Source of the DNA: a virus | Taxonomy: Duplodnaviria > Caudoviricetes | Virus record (IMG/VR): IMGVR_UViG_3300032295_004586 | Span: 1 to 43,628 of that record | Direction: 5' to 3' (one strand) | DNA length: 43,628 nucleotides | Shown here: positions 31,701 to 40,210 of the stretch, in pieces | How positions within the stretch are numbered: the first letter of the stretch is position 1 | Layout: every line of letters starts with the position of its first letter | Made by a program: the position numbers and the translations under genes | Notes under the pieces: generated by a model | Told to the model about the DNA's origin: nothing | What the model saw: the letters and a program-made list of their open reading frames with translations, nothing else | The model's database searches: none

Positions 31701-32067
31701 CTAAATCTTCTAAATTATATCCAGATAACAAATGTAATCTTACAGTCTCATATTGTACAGGCCATTGGGTACTAGTTAAATCACTTAGTAATTGTTCAGG
31801 TAAATTAGAAGAATCATAAACATTATAAGGTATGGCTCTATCTTGATCTAAATGTGCCCAGGATCTAGTATCTGTTAACCTTACAGCAGATCTATCTAAA
31901 ATATTAGATGTTGGATTATTACCTTTAGTAATATTCAATACCTGTCTTTCATTTGTATAAGATGAATTTATAAATAAAAAAGACTGCGTATTGGTACTAA
32001 TTTCAGTAGTATCGTAATCTAATTCTACTAATGCGTATGGTGTTAATTGAAGTAATGATTTAGCCAT
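28702..32067 (-). CDS. Large putative structural protein (1121 aa) with coiled coil and GNQGT repeat linker
   Basis: Located between gp5-like and gp3-like genes; globular N-terminus, long heptad region, low-complexity repeat, C-terminal domain. Confidence 0.6.
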   Translation of the reverse strand: MAKSLLQLTPYALVELDYDTTEISTNTQSFLFINSSYTNERQVLNITKGNNPTSNILDRSAVRLTDTRSWAHLDQDRAIPYNVYDSSNLPEQLLSDLTSTQWPVQYETVRLHLLSGYNLEDLDGLLLSIEYPEVSGKNCTVAQIAYLKGDEYIKFNARPIVISGRSYDRYIEVLIPSLFSLNEEFYANPTSGALAYWLSSDTKGFVKNGLISITLREIPTTNDNGVVLSLTTGEVSNVTFKQQDAYSLLTAVIIENDEEDCFEYYPSWQGGFVEDLVVGLNGTGGDYYVFHELYVYEQIGFSQVQTDYFVSIQEGDFNSPKRFRPVLKNADSAYSFSIDYVMRLTDKGTGSQIVRLASVTSFEPKRYGRKVEKVNLEGSVRSFKIYNKIVEENKLQVNRKFVDKKVEKFFTPTFFDFNEVAVNTSNVILKTDGTFTTESVWNWDVIFGQGEAIMLLHPFENYVKFKMHRYLENNVTTSLDLRYDVDLFLVIEYAGKRVKFSKLEGFYSTNLAEGEVVFKIPAKESSSIYANEGGTFYITSKVPSFIKVKVMDTFVGGIANKEINIISKEYYSKGDTDLFELIFDGVTYFVPKNMLQVIQIIPSGSGVSETTLYTGKWRRMQEADTVKDEIEKIRRNELERVLNNIRTSQLSLNTRQSELSQRASELAALEARLNAQSAAQSAQSDLLNSLQRDVSSKERVLNQRELDLREQAKRAADLENQNIAAFQDQLNKILKSIEDLENTSGSNPNTGSGNQGTGNQGTGNEGTGNQGTGNQGTGNQGTGNQGTGNQGTGNQGTGNQGTGGTGNQGTGGTGNQGTGTQGTRVRASDILNRNVGINNNNNVTITNVASKINYVDFAGRSGNDLGVLPSTGFNPITIDAGLDTSKKGFQLAGSGSTVGTNTNSNVNATVNSLIGGTTNTATRNNNFTDPQYNLTPIARERNRNVRNNTGSNSGTGTNPPSGNTDKIVYGKVIDWDSQVRNELTFKNLSNGTTESFYKFTPFTYDGFKTNNRRIEIQVDTINYLKVGDIIISQLTEKMEYLSINQPVNLDIKYIKIEIKNIIAPNIVQGVYLRPEYDGLPLNQYLNVKTNPYEQRHKWDIIKKAVPGIIGGGGSSGTRIPL
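29600..29820 (-). repeat. 15-nt tandem repeat encoding (GNQGT)n, about 13 units
   Basis: Plus strand shows repeated ccttgattaccagtt / ccttggtttccagt units. Confidence 0.95.
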
Positions 32068-32068
32068 T

Positions 32069-32818
32069 TTACAAAGAAGTTTTTACAGTTTTTGATGTAC
32101 TAGCTACTTCAGCTGTAGCTGCAAGAGAAGAAAGAACACCTGGTGAAGGTGGCCATTTTGCATCTGTTGCAGCAGCTAAAGCCTTTAAAAAGACCCAAAG
32201 TGGTTCAGCACATATATTTGAAAATACGGGTGCTGCTCCTAATTCAGTTTTAACACCATTTACATGGACATTAGAACTATTAATCTCTATTTTCGTTGGA
32301 GCAGTAGCCTCAATCTTATTATTAGCAACAATTGTAATGTTTGAACCATTTAATTCAATTACGGATTGTGTAGCATCATGCTCAATAGTTATAGACTTAT
32401 CTGGATTTATAGTAACATGAGATCCATCAAAATGATATTTTAGTCCAATCGATGGGCTATACAAGATTTTCATATTTTCGTCTTCATCATATGTTACCAC
32501 ATGAGAATTTAAATATGAAGCATCTATTTCTGCCTTCATTGCATCATTTATGACAGGTATGCTCCAATATACAGGAGAATATGCATCTCCATTTTCAAAT
32601 CTAACTCGAACTATTGTATCTATTTTGGGTACACTTATTGATCCATATCCTTTTGATTCTCCACCAGCAAATGTAGAATTGTAAGCTGGGAAGGCCCAAG
32701 GTAAATCATCATCGAGTAATTCATCGAATGCTCCGAGTACTCTGACTTTACAACGACCCATACGTTCAGGGTCGTCATTTATTACTACTTTGCCAAAATA
32801 AGTTTGATTTCTTTCCAT
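32069..32818 (-). CDS. Baseplate hub/spike protein (gp5/VgrG OB-fold), no lysozyme domain
   Basis: YFGKVVINDDPERMGRCKVRV, LPWAFP, SVPKIDTIVRVRFENGD..SPVY, followed by short beta-helix-like strands. Confidence 0.85.
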   Translation of the reverse strand: MERNQTYFGKVVINDDPERMGRCKVRVLGAFDELLDDDLPWAFPAYNSTFAGGESKGYGSISVPKIDTIVRVRFENGDAYSPVYWSIPVINDAMKAEIDASYLNSHVVTYDEDENMKILYSPSIGLKYHFDGSHVTINPDKSITIEHDATQSVIELNGSNITIVANNKIEATAPTKIEINSSNVHVNGVKTELGAAPVFSNICAEPLWVFLKALAAATDAKWPPSPGVLSSLAATAEVASTSKTVKTSL

Positions 32819-32824
32819 ATTATC

Positions 32825-32832
32825 TATATATC
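32825..32832 (-). promoter_or_regulatory. GATATATA candidate late promoter
   Basis: Exact octamer 6 nt before the ATG at 32818, the same spacing as at 2516. Confidence 0.55.
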
Positions 32833-32855
32833 AAAAAATAAAATATATCAATTAT

Positions 32856-35800
32856 TTAGGATTCAAAATCTGGTCCTAAGTTTTTAGGAGTAATAATTCT
32901 TCTTGTAATTGGAACCTCTAAATCGATTCTATTTTGTTTAGGATTATTTTTATTACCAATTACACCTAGGCTTCCTTGTCCGCTATAAATATTAGTCATA
33001 GTATCATTTAACAGTCCATTACCTGTTAAATTAACATTATTCGTTGGTAAATTTTTTATAGAATCCCTTCCTTCAAGATTTACATTATCTAGAGTAGATT
33101 TGCTCTGATTTCTATTGATATTAAAATTAACATTATTATCCATAGTTTTTAATGGAGATTTACCTACTAAATTTATATTTTTTGGATTTAAATCTCTTTG
33201 AGGATCTTTACCTAATAATTCTTCTTTACCTAAATCGGATACATTTCTATTATTTGATAATCCCCCTAATTCTACATTTGTTGGGTTTAAATCTTTTAAA
33301 GAAGTAGCTCCTAATAATTCTGCATTAGTTTGATTAAAATCTCTAATTGGTTGTGTACCAGTCAAATCTGCATTAGTTTGTGTTAGATTTCTCAGTGGCT
33401 GTGTACCATTCAAATCAGCATTAGTTTGATTAAAATCTTTAATTGGTTGTCTACCTGTTAAATTAGCATTAGTCTCAGAAAAATCTCTAATAGGCTGTGT
33501 ACCTATCAAATCTGCATTAGTTTGATTAAAATCTCTAATTGGTTGTGTACCAGTCAAATCTGCATTAGTTTCAGAAAAATCTCTGATAGGTTGTGCTCCA
33601 TTTAATTCAGTACTGGATTCTGAAAAATCTTTAATAGCTTGTGCACCATTTAAGTCAGCATTATTTGGGACCAAGTCTCTCAATGGCTGTATTCCAGTTA
33701 AGTCAGCATTATTTGGTATTAATTCTTTTAATGATTCTGCACCAGTTAAATCTGCGTTATTAGGCACTAAATCATTCAATGGTTGTGCACCATTTAAGTC
33801 AGCATTATTTGGTATTAAGTTTTTCAATGATTCTGCACCAGTTAATCTAACATTATTAGGTGTTAAATTTTTTAATGGCTGTGCACCGTTTAAGTTAGCA
33901 CTACTTGGCACTAGATCTTTTAGTGGTTGTGCACCATTTAAGTCAGCACTACTTGGTACCAAATCTTTCAATGGTTCTGCTCCATTCAAGTTAGCATTGC
34001 TTGGTACTAGATCTTTTAGTGGTTCTGCTCCATTCAAGTCAGCGTTACTTGGTACTAGATCTTTTAGTGGCTGTGCACCAGTTAAATCAGCATTACTTGG
34101 TACTAAATCTTTCAATGGCTGTGCACCATTCAAATCAGCATTACTTGGTACTAGATCTTTTAGTGGCTGTGCACCAGTTAAATCAGCATTACTTGGTACT
34201 AAATCTGTTTTTTTACCAGCACCTTCAAGATTAACAGATGCCTCATCAAATTTATTTTTAGGTGTTGCACCTGTCAATTGCTCTTTATTTGGGTTTAGTC
34301 TTGTTTCTTTTCTAACTTCTGTAAACTCAACGTTATCTGGCATTTCAGTTTCTACTCTGGATGCTTGTAAATCTATATTTTTTTGATCGAATAGTCTGTT
34401 CGAAGGATTTGGGTTATTAAATAAACTTTCCCCAGGTCTTCCAATAGATTGAAATCTAGGATCTGGTCCTTGTCCTGTTAAATTTGCTTGAACATCTGAT
34501 TGTGATCTTTGAACAGCAGGTGCTGTTAAATCTAACTTTGATGGAATACCATCACGCAAATTAGGTTGAATAGGTCTTCCAGATGACTCTACATTAATAC
34601 CTAATGCACCTGCTAAAGCAGGGTTAGAAAAGTTTTGTGCTACTTGATTTAGATCTCCATTGAGAACCCCTAAACCTACTCCAGCGATCGATCTTGTTAA
34701 TTCGTTTCCATAGACATTTGATGCGATCTGTTCTGTAGCCATACCTAATGCTTCTTGTGCTAATTCAGATGCGGTGTCACCGAAGAAATCTCCAACTGAA
34801 CCTAAAAATCCTCCATCTTCTCCTAAATTTGTTCCATTCCCCAAAGCATCACTTATTCCAAAACCTAAGCCATTCAAACCTTCATTTATTCCAGCACCAA
34901 GAGCATTGCTAAACCCACCATCATCAAGAATAATCCTCTTGTTATCTCCCTTTTCTCTTTCTAAATTTTGATAATTTGACCATGAGGAAACTTTAGGTTT
35001 AAATGTTCCACTTAAAAGTTTAGATCGAGTTATTACCTGAGCTTTATTTTCAGACTTTAAAAAGTTTTCAATTAAGTTATCACTCAATGAATATTCTAAT
35101 AAGCTATAGGTATTAGTTTCAAGTACTCTCCCTACTTTAATTTTAAAACTATTAGTTTGAACAGCCATTCTGGAATGATCTAAATTACTATTAATTCCAA
35201 ATGTATTCATATCAAATTCACAATCTTGGCAATCAAATACAAGACATGAGAAATGATTATCCCACCATTGAAGTCGTTTTACAAAAGATAATGCTCCATC
35301 CTGAACCCTTCCTAATAATTTTCCACCAATATTACTACCATTTAACAAATCAATATCTCTCAAAGCACTTAATGCTTGTCTTCCATTGATAGAGAAGTTA
35401 TCTTCTGTTATAGCTAATTGTCTAAAATCACCAACCATAACGGACATTCTGAATCTTCTCATATTAACAGGCAAAACCCATCTTCTAAATTTTCTATCGT
35501 AGGCTACTTTTCTATATAAATCTTTTAATCCTGTAATTCTATAATCTATACTATCTAGAGTATTAACTGTGATTATAGCATCCTGTAAAGATCTATCTCC
35601 TCTTTGATCAGATTCATAACCATGCTTATATAAATTTTCTATACCGTTTATGCTCTGAAAAAACCAAGGTGTTTTCTCACTAATATTTTGTAAGCTGATA
35701 TTAAATTTCTTAAGCATTTCTGCTCTTTCTGGCTCACCTACATTATAAAGATATTTAATTGCAGATTCAGGAGGTACTTGACTACTTTCATTTCCTAAAT

Positions 35801-35981
35801 CAGTCAATAATCTATTCGTAACATAGTCTGGATGTTTTGCTTCAGGCGGATTGAATTGAAATTTAATATGAAAAATAGGATATGTAGGATCTTCATGGTT
35901 TCTATTATTAGATATACCAGGATTCCTAACACTAGTAATACCTAAAAAATCACGTAAAAATTTATCTGCTGCGTATACCAT
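32856..35981 (-). CDS. Putative virion protein (1041 aa): globular N-terminal domain, Gly-rich linker, 16-aa repeat tail
   Basis: Lies between gp13-like and gp5-like genes; globular first 300 aa, then Gly/Ala-rich segment and tandem repeats. Confidence 0.6.
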   Translation of the reverse strand: MVYAADKFLRDFLGITSVRNPGISNNRNHEDPTYPIFHIKFQFNPPEAKHPDYVTNRLLTDLGNESSQVPPESAIKYLYNVGEPERAEMLKKFNISLQNISEKTPWFFQSINGIENLYKHGYESDQRGDRSLQDAIITVNTLDSIDYRITGLKDLYRKVAYDRKFRRWVLPVNMRRFRMSVMVGDFRQLAITEDNFSINGRQALSALRDIDLLNGSNIGGKLLGRVQDGALSFVKRLQWWDNHFSCLVFDCQDCEFDMNTFGINSNLDHSRMAVQTNSFKIKVGRVLETNTYSLLEYSLSDNLIENFLKSENKAQVITRSKLLSGTFKPKVSSWSNYQNLEREKGDNKRIILDDGGFSNALGAGINEGLNGLGFGISDALGNGTNLGEDGGFLGSVGDFFGDTASELAQEALGMATEQIASNVYGNELTRSIAGVGLGVLNGDLNQVAQNFSNPALAGALGINVESSGRPIQPNLRDGIPSKLDLTAPAVQRSQSDVQANLTGQGPDPRFQSIGRPGESLFNNPNPSNRLFDQKNIDLQASRVETEMPDNVEFTEVRKETRLNPNKEQLTGATPKNKFDEASVNLEGAGKKTDLVPSNADLTGAQPLKDLVPSNADLNGAQPLKDLVPSNADLTGAQPLKDLVPSNADLNGAEPLKDLVPSNANLNGAEPLKDLVPSSADLNGAQPLKDLVPSSANLNGAQPLKNLTPNNVRLTGAESLKNLIPNNADLNGAQPLNDLVPNNADLTGAESLKELIPNNADLTGIQPLRDLVPNNADLNGAQAIKDFSESSTELNGAQPIRDFSETNADLTGTQPIRDFNQTNADLIGTQPIRDFSETNANLTGRQPIKDFNQTNADLNGTQPLRNLTQTNADLTGTQPIRDFNQTNAELLGATSLKDLNPTNVELGGLSNNRNVSDLGKEELLGKDPQRDLNPKNINLVGKSPLKTMDNNVNFNINRNQSKSTLDNVNLEGRDSIKNLPTNNVNLTGNGLLNDTMTNIYSGQGSLGVIGNKNNPKQNRIDLEVPITRRIITPKNLGPDFES
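33291..34202 (-). repeat. 48-nt / 16-aa tandem repeat, 19 core units plus degenerate flanks
   Basis: LVPSNADLTGAQPLKD grading into FNQTNADLTGTQPIRD; 19 x 48 nt spans exactly 34202 to 33291. Confidence 0.95.
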
Positions 35982-36007
35982 AAATAAAATATTTCTTTAT
36001 TAAATAA

Positions 36008-36559
36008 TTAATCCTCAAATCCACCATCATTATTCAGTTCTGGTCCGCTAAAACTACTAGATGCTGTTATAACACCCTCAGTATCTTTTACCTCGTTATG
36101 ATCACCAAAATCATCTTTATCTCTAGTTTGTAAGTTTTTAATAAAATCCTCAAACCTTAAGATGCTTCCATGTGGCTGAAAATGCACAATACCCTTTTCT
36201 GGATGATAATGCTTCATAGGATCGGTTTTCTTTGATTTTCTATCACTCTTTGTTTTTTTCAAAAATGCTTGTGTAAATAAACCATAAGAATTGAACGAAT
36301 CACCACTACCTGTTGTTGTAGCAGTTGGTGCTGTTACGGGACCCATGCCTGGTGTTGATGCTAAAGTTGCAAATTCTTCATCCACATGCATTGGTAATTT
36401 TTTACCTTTAGGAGTTTTGATATAATCCTGAAGTTCTTTAAATGTCATAGAATTTGCAATATCTATTACTTCTTGAGATGGTTTTGTCTTTAGCTTACCC
36501 TTTTTATATGCATAAGCCATTCTCATAAGTCTTAACTGTGCTATTGATTTAGAAGGCAT
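36008..36559 (-). CDS. DUF3008-like N-terminal domain protein
   Basis: MPSKSIAQLRLM..AY..KKG...A.SM...EL.D...T..K.LP.HV resembles DUF3008. The ATG at 36559 avoids overlap with the upstream gene and follows a GATATATA. Confidence 0.6.
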   Translation of the reverse strand: MPSKSIAQLRLMRMAYAYKKGKLKTKPSQEVIDIANSMTFKELQDYIKTPKGKKLPMHVDEEFATLASTPGMGPVTAPTATTTGSGDSFNSYGLFTQAFLKKTKSDRKSKKTDPMKHYHPEKGIVHFQPHGSILRFEDFIKNLQTRDKDDFGDHNEVKDTEGVITASSSFSGPELNNDGGFED

Positions 36560-36576
36560 TTTAGTATCTTTTATTT

Positions 36577-36584
36577 TATATATC
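36577..36584 (-). promoter_or_regulatory. GATATATA candidate late promoter
   Basis: Exact octamer 17 nt upstream of the ATG at 36559. Confidence 0.55.
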
Positions 36585-36596
36585 CTGTATCCTACG

Positions 36597-37328
36597 TTAG
36601 TTAAATTGTATAAACCAACTTGGAGGTGCTTCATTGTTTATTTGCTCTTTAACCTCTTGGAGTTCTTTTTCTCCAGCATCTTTTAGAAGATTACCATTAA
36701 TAGTAACACCTGATGGTAATTGGAATGTATAAAGACTATACATAAACCCTAATTGAATTTTACTCTTTGCGAATACCCAACGAATGAATAAATCATCATC
36801 ATAAAGGCTATTTTGAGGAATTTTTGAATAACATTTTATAATTGAATTAGTTCTAGGATTTCTACCTGTAACTTTAATTCTCTTTGTATTTGGATTAAAT
36901 GAATATGCTATAGTGTCCAAAAAGTAAGCTTTAGTAATATCCCAATATGCGTATTGTGCAGTTCTCATTACTAAGTCATCGCCTATAACGGGAGACAAAA
37001 ATAGTTCAGATGCAATAATTTTATTCTCAGTGATATCACGGTCGACTATACCAATTCTTGATCCACCACGAATTTCTCTAAAATCCTGAATAGTCATAAC
37101 ACAATCAGGAAGTTGGAAAAATCTTCTATCTTTGAATTCTTGTGATGAAACATGTGAATGAGGTACTATGTAAAAATCGCTTTCTACTGCAAATTTATAG
37201 TTAATATAAAACCATCTCTCTGCATTTTTGATAATACGCTCTATTTCTCTTGGAGATATTGAATTTGGCAAACCACTAGATACAGTTAGTTCATCCTGGG
37301 TAAGTTCTACGAGTTCATCGAGTGTCAT
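36597..37328 (-). CDS. Neck / head-tail adaptor protein (T4 gp13-like)
   Basis: WVFAKSKIQLG...FQLPSGVTINGNLLKDAGEKEL matches the gp13 A..K.Q.G...LPGGVT.NG pattern. Confidence 0.75.
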   Translation of the reverse strand: MTLDELVELTQDELTVSSGLPNSISPREIERIIKNAERWFYINYKFAVESDFYIVPHSHVSSQEFKDRRFFQLPDCVMTIQDFREIRGGSRIGIVDRDITENKIIASELFLSPVIGDDLVMRTAQYAYWDITKAYFLDTIAYSFNPNTKRIKVTGRNPRTNSIIKCYSKIPQNSLYDDDLFIRWVFAKSKIQLGFMYSLYTFQLPSGVTINGNLLKDAGEKELQEVKEQINNEAPPSWFIQFN

Positions 37329-37353
37329 AAAGCAATCAAATTAATTTATTACC

Positions 37354-37361
37354 TATATATC
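37354..37361 (-). promoter_or_regulatory. GATATATA candidate late promoter
   Basis: Exact octamer 25 nt upstream of the ATG at 37328. Confidence 0.55.
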
Positions 37362-37406
37362 TAAATAATTTAGATTTAAGAAATTAAAATTGATCTAAAT
37401 GACTTC

Positions 37407-37787
37407 TTAATTTTGATATAGATTTATAAGTAATTTTTGAATGTTTAGGTATTCTTCAAATATTACTTTATGTTCCTCACATATCTCAATTAATGTAGAG
37501 GAATCTTGAGTAGTTTTAATTTTGGAGGTTTGGGGATCTATTTCAACTAAAATTGTATAAAGATCTCTATAATCGGGGAGTTTTTCTACTTGATTTTTAA
37601 ACTTCTGGGAGAGGACATAAACATAGTTTTTATCCCTTTCAATCATATTATCATATATTTGATTTAATAATGTATCAAAATTATTGTGTATCGTCTCTAT
37701 TCTATAAGTTGAATCTGATACCGCCCTTACTAATTCTTCTATTGATGTTCTATCCTCATAGAACTCAGATGCTGCTAATGCAACCAT
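37407..37787 (-). CDS. Hypothetical helical protein (126 aa; start uncertain)
   Basis: The frame stays open for 21 more codons upstream without ATG/GTG/TTG; GATATATA at 37853-37860. Confidence 0.65.
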   Translation of the reverse strand: MVALAASEFYEDRTSIEELVRAVSDSTYRIETIHNNFDTLLNQIYDNMIERDKNYVYVLSQKFKNQVEKLPDYRDLYTILVEIDPQTSKIKTTQDSSTLIEICEEHKVIFEEYLNIQKLLINLYQN

Positions 37788-37858
37788 TTCAAACGTAACT
37801 TTTATTTTTAATTATATCTCCAGATAATATTTGTTCCCAGTAGATAGACTTCTATATA

Positions 37859-38050
37859 TCAAAAAGAAAAATAATTTTTAATATTTCCTATTAATAAGAT
37901 AGTAAAAATTATAATAAAAAATAATAAAATTAAATATGAATATTTTCTTTTTGGTAAAAGATACTTCCAATATGATATTAAAGTACTTGCAATGAAATAA
38001 CTAGAAACTAGATTTAACGCAATAATAATTGAAAATATTATGTCTTTCAT
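37859..38050 (-). CDS. Small two-TM membrane protein
   Basis: Two hydrophobic segments separated by PKRK; ATG at 38050 (MKDII) preferred. Confidence 0.55.
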   Translation of the reverse strand: MKDIIFSIIIALNLVSSYFIASTLISYWKYLLPKRKYSYLILLFFIIIFTILLIGNIKNYFSF

Positions 38051-38137
38051 AACAAAGATCCTAATAAAAATATGAAACAAACAATTATAGAAATGTTTTC
38101 AGTATAGTCAGTTATACACTGAGTGTTATTCTGCATT

Positions 38138-38377
38138 TTATTCATCAATTTCATCTTCGTCGTCCGATAATAAAAGGTTTGTTTTGAAATAGTTCCAACC
38201 GTCTTCATCTAAAAATATGGATTCTTCCATTTCTTCATCAACATAAAAGGTAATCAATGGATAATCAAAAAGCATTATATCATTACCATCATCTTCAAAC
38301 TTCCTATAAATTATTTGGAAGTCATCCATTTCTTTAGGTATTTTATTTATGAATTCACGTAATTCACTTATTTTCAT
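38138..38377 (-). CDS. Small acidic hypothetical protein (79 aa)
   Basis: MKISELREFINKIP N-terminus; start overlaps the upstream stop. Confidence 0.7.
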   Translation of the reverse strand: MKISELREFINKIPKEMDDFQIIYRKFEDDGNDIMLFDYPLITFYVDEEMEESIFLDEDGWNYFKTNLLLSDDEDEIDE

Positions 38378-38601
38378 TATTGAGATTTTTTTAATTCTTC
38401 TATGTTTATTGTCGAAGTGTCTTGGAATTTCAAACCATTTACTAGAAGGTATGTATATATTAATTCACTTTCTTTAATAGAAAGTTCAGTTTTTCTACTA
38501 ATTTTAGCCATTATAGTAGAATAATTAATATTACAATCTTCGCAGATTTTCTTTATTTTTACGATTTCACTCAATCGTTCTAAGTCATCTATGGTAATCA
38601 T
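38377..38601 (-). CDS. Small HTH (Cro/XRE-like) protein (74 aa)
   Basis: IKKICEDCNINYSTIMAKISRKTELSIKE fits an HTH pattern. Confidence 0.55.
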   Translation of the reverse strand: MITIDDLERLSEIVKIKKICEDCNINYSTIMAKISRKTELSIKESELIYTYLLVNGLKFQDTSTINIEELKKSQ

Positions 38602-38675
38602 TATAATCCAACATATGTATCATCTATATGATTCTAGGTAATGTAAATGATTTGTTTAATGATTTGAAAAAATAA

Positions 38676-38693
38676 AGCCCTGAGTTCAGGGCT
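38676..38693 (-). terminator. Intrinsic terminator
   Basis: AGCCCTGA/TCAGGGCT inverted repeat followed on the minus strand by TTATTTTTT, just after the stop at 38701. Confidence 0.75.
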
Positions 38694-38700
38694 ATTTTAC

Positions 38701-39012
38701 TTAGCTTTTTTTCTTTCTGCCTCTTTTTGTTTTAGGAGTTTCAGCTGGAGCAGTTTTGGGATTTACTTTTTTAACTAGTTTAGTTTTTTCTTCCTTTTTG
38801 GTAGAAGATAGAGACTTTACTTCTTTTACGGGTTTTACTTTTGATCTTTTACCTACTGAAGCTAATTTAGTATCTTCATTTACTGATTTAATATTAGAAT
38901 CTGCATTATCTTCTGATGTTTGTTCTAATGTATCAGAATGATTTGAGAAGAAGAAATACCCAGCTAGTAAAATTAAAACTAATAAAGATAAACTAATAAT
39001 AAATGTATTCAT
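38701..39012 (-). CDS. N-terminally membrane-anchored protein with Lys-rich tail (103 aa)
   Basis: TM IISLSLLVLILLAGYFFF; tail PKTKRGRKKKS; GATATATA at 39039-39046 upstream and its own terminator downstream. Confidence 0.75.
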   Translation of the reverse strand: MNTFIISLSLLVLILLAGYFFFSNHSDTLEQTSEDNADSNIKSVNEDTKLASVGKRSKVKPVKEVKSLSSTKKEEKTKLVKKVNPKTAPAETPKTKRGRKKKS

Positions 39013-39062
39013 ATTTAATGAGTTATTTTAGTAAATAGTATATATCTTTTTGCAAATAATGT

Positions 39063-39239
39063 TTATTTATGTAATTTTTTTCTGTATTCTTCTAGTCTCT
39101 TTAATATATCTTGCTCCTCCATCATAAACCCTTCTCTATTCATATTATGAATAAGTTTTTTTAAAATAGGATTTATGTTGTTTTCATCTAAATCAACCTT
39201 TGGTTGTTTAATTGGTCTAGGTATAAATTTATTTTCCAT
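39063..39239 (-). CDS. Small hypothetical protein (58 aa, below the ORF-track cutoff)
   Basis: Read by hand: MENKFIPRPIKQPKVDLDENNINPILKKLIHNMNREGFMMEEQDILKRLEEYRKKLHK*. Its start overlaps the end of rmlB and it fills an otherwise empty gap. Confidence 0.6.
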   Translation of the reverse strand: MENKFIPRPIKQPKVDLDENNINPILKKLIHNMNREGFMMEEQDILKRLEEYRKKLHK

Positions 39240-40209
39240 AGTGTTCTTCTATCCATTTCTCATTTTTATTTCTATTTCCTTCTAACCATTCCATATTATA
39301 CTTATGCCAATATACAAGGTCTTTTATTCCATTCTCTAAGCTATAATATGGTTTCCATCCGAGTGATTCGATTTTGCAGGAATTGATTGCATATTTAATA
39401 TCATGTCCCAATCTATCTTCAATGAATTCTAACTTAAGTTCCTTTTCAAGTTCATTTGCAATCATTTTTAATAGATCTAGGTTAGTAGTTTCTATTCCTG
39501 TTCCAATGTTATACACCTCTCCAGATTGACCTTGATTGAAAGCATATAAAATACCTCTACAGTGATCTTCTACATTTATCCAGTCTCTTTTTTGATTACC
39601 ATCACCATAAATTGGAACTGGCAAATCATTTATTATATTATAAATAGAAAGAGGTATAAATTTTTCAATATTCTGATATTCACCATAATTATTAGAACAT
39701 CTTGTGATAATAATATCTGTACCGAACGTTTTATAGTATGAAATTCCTAATAAATCAGAAGATGCTTTTGATGCTGAATATGGAGAACTTGGGTTAAGTA
39801 TATCAGTTTCAGTAAAACATTGATCATCAGAAGCCGATCCATAAACCTCATCAGTAGATACTAATACGCACCTAATATTCATTTTTTTAGAAAACTCTAG
39901 TACTTTGTGAGTTCCTAAAATATTTGTGTGTAAAAAAACATCTGGATTTTTTATTGACCTATCCACATGCGTTTCTGCTGCAAAATGAAATACAGAATCT
40001 ATATCTTCTGGTAAATTTTCAAATGATTCAGAATCACATATACTATTTCTTTTAATAGTTAAATTTATATGTTCTACGTCCACTCTACTTTCATCAGAAG
40101 CATAACCGCAATTATCAATAATTGTTACCTTTACACCATAACGCAATAATAATCTAGCAAAGGAACTTCCTATAAAACCAAATCCGCCTGTAATTAGAGC
40201 ATGCTTCAT
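39229..40209 (-). CDS. rmlB: dTDP-glucose 4,6-dehydratase
   Basis: TGGFGFIGS, HFAAETHVDRSI, STDEVYGS, PSSPYSASKAS, TRCSNNYG, EKFIP, YGDGNQKRDW, DRLGHD. Confidence 0.93.
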   Translation of the reverse strand: MKHALITGGFGFIGSSFARLLLRYGVKVTIIDNCGYASDESRVDVEHINLTIKRNSICDSESFENLPEDIDSVFHFAAETHVDRSIKNPDVFLHTNILGTHKVLEFSKKMNIRCVLVSTDEVYGSASDDQCFTETDILNPSSPYSASKASSDLLGISYYKTFGTDIIITRCSNNYGEYQNIEKFIPLSIYNIINDLPVPIYGDGNQKRDWINVEDHCRGILYAFNQGQSGEVYNIGTGIETTNLDLLKMIANELEKELKLEFIEDRLGHDIKYAINSCKIESLGWKPYYSLENGIKDLVYWHKYNMEWLEGNRNKNEKWIEEHYGK

Positions 40210-40210
40210 A

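Noticed and set aside
33291-34202. Regular 48-nt array considered as CRISPR or ncRNA array
   Set aside because: No unique spacers; the period is a multiple of 3 and in frame within a protein.
29171-35389. Overlapping or antisense ORFs at 29171-29858, 33997-34386, 34774-34971 and 35201-35389
   Set aside because: They arise from repeats or Gly/Asn-rich codons of the long minus-strand genes and have no independent signals.
36560-36634. 25-aa N-terminal extension of the 208-aa ORF
   Set aside because: Overlaps the upstream gene and the GATATATA site; the family-like sequence starts at MPSKS (36559).
37788-37860. Stop-codon reassignment (TAG read-through), prompted by the open frame upstream of 37787
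   Set aside because: ORFs up to 2072 aa are uninterrupted in the standard code and coding density is already very high.
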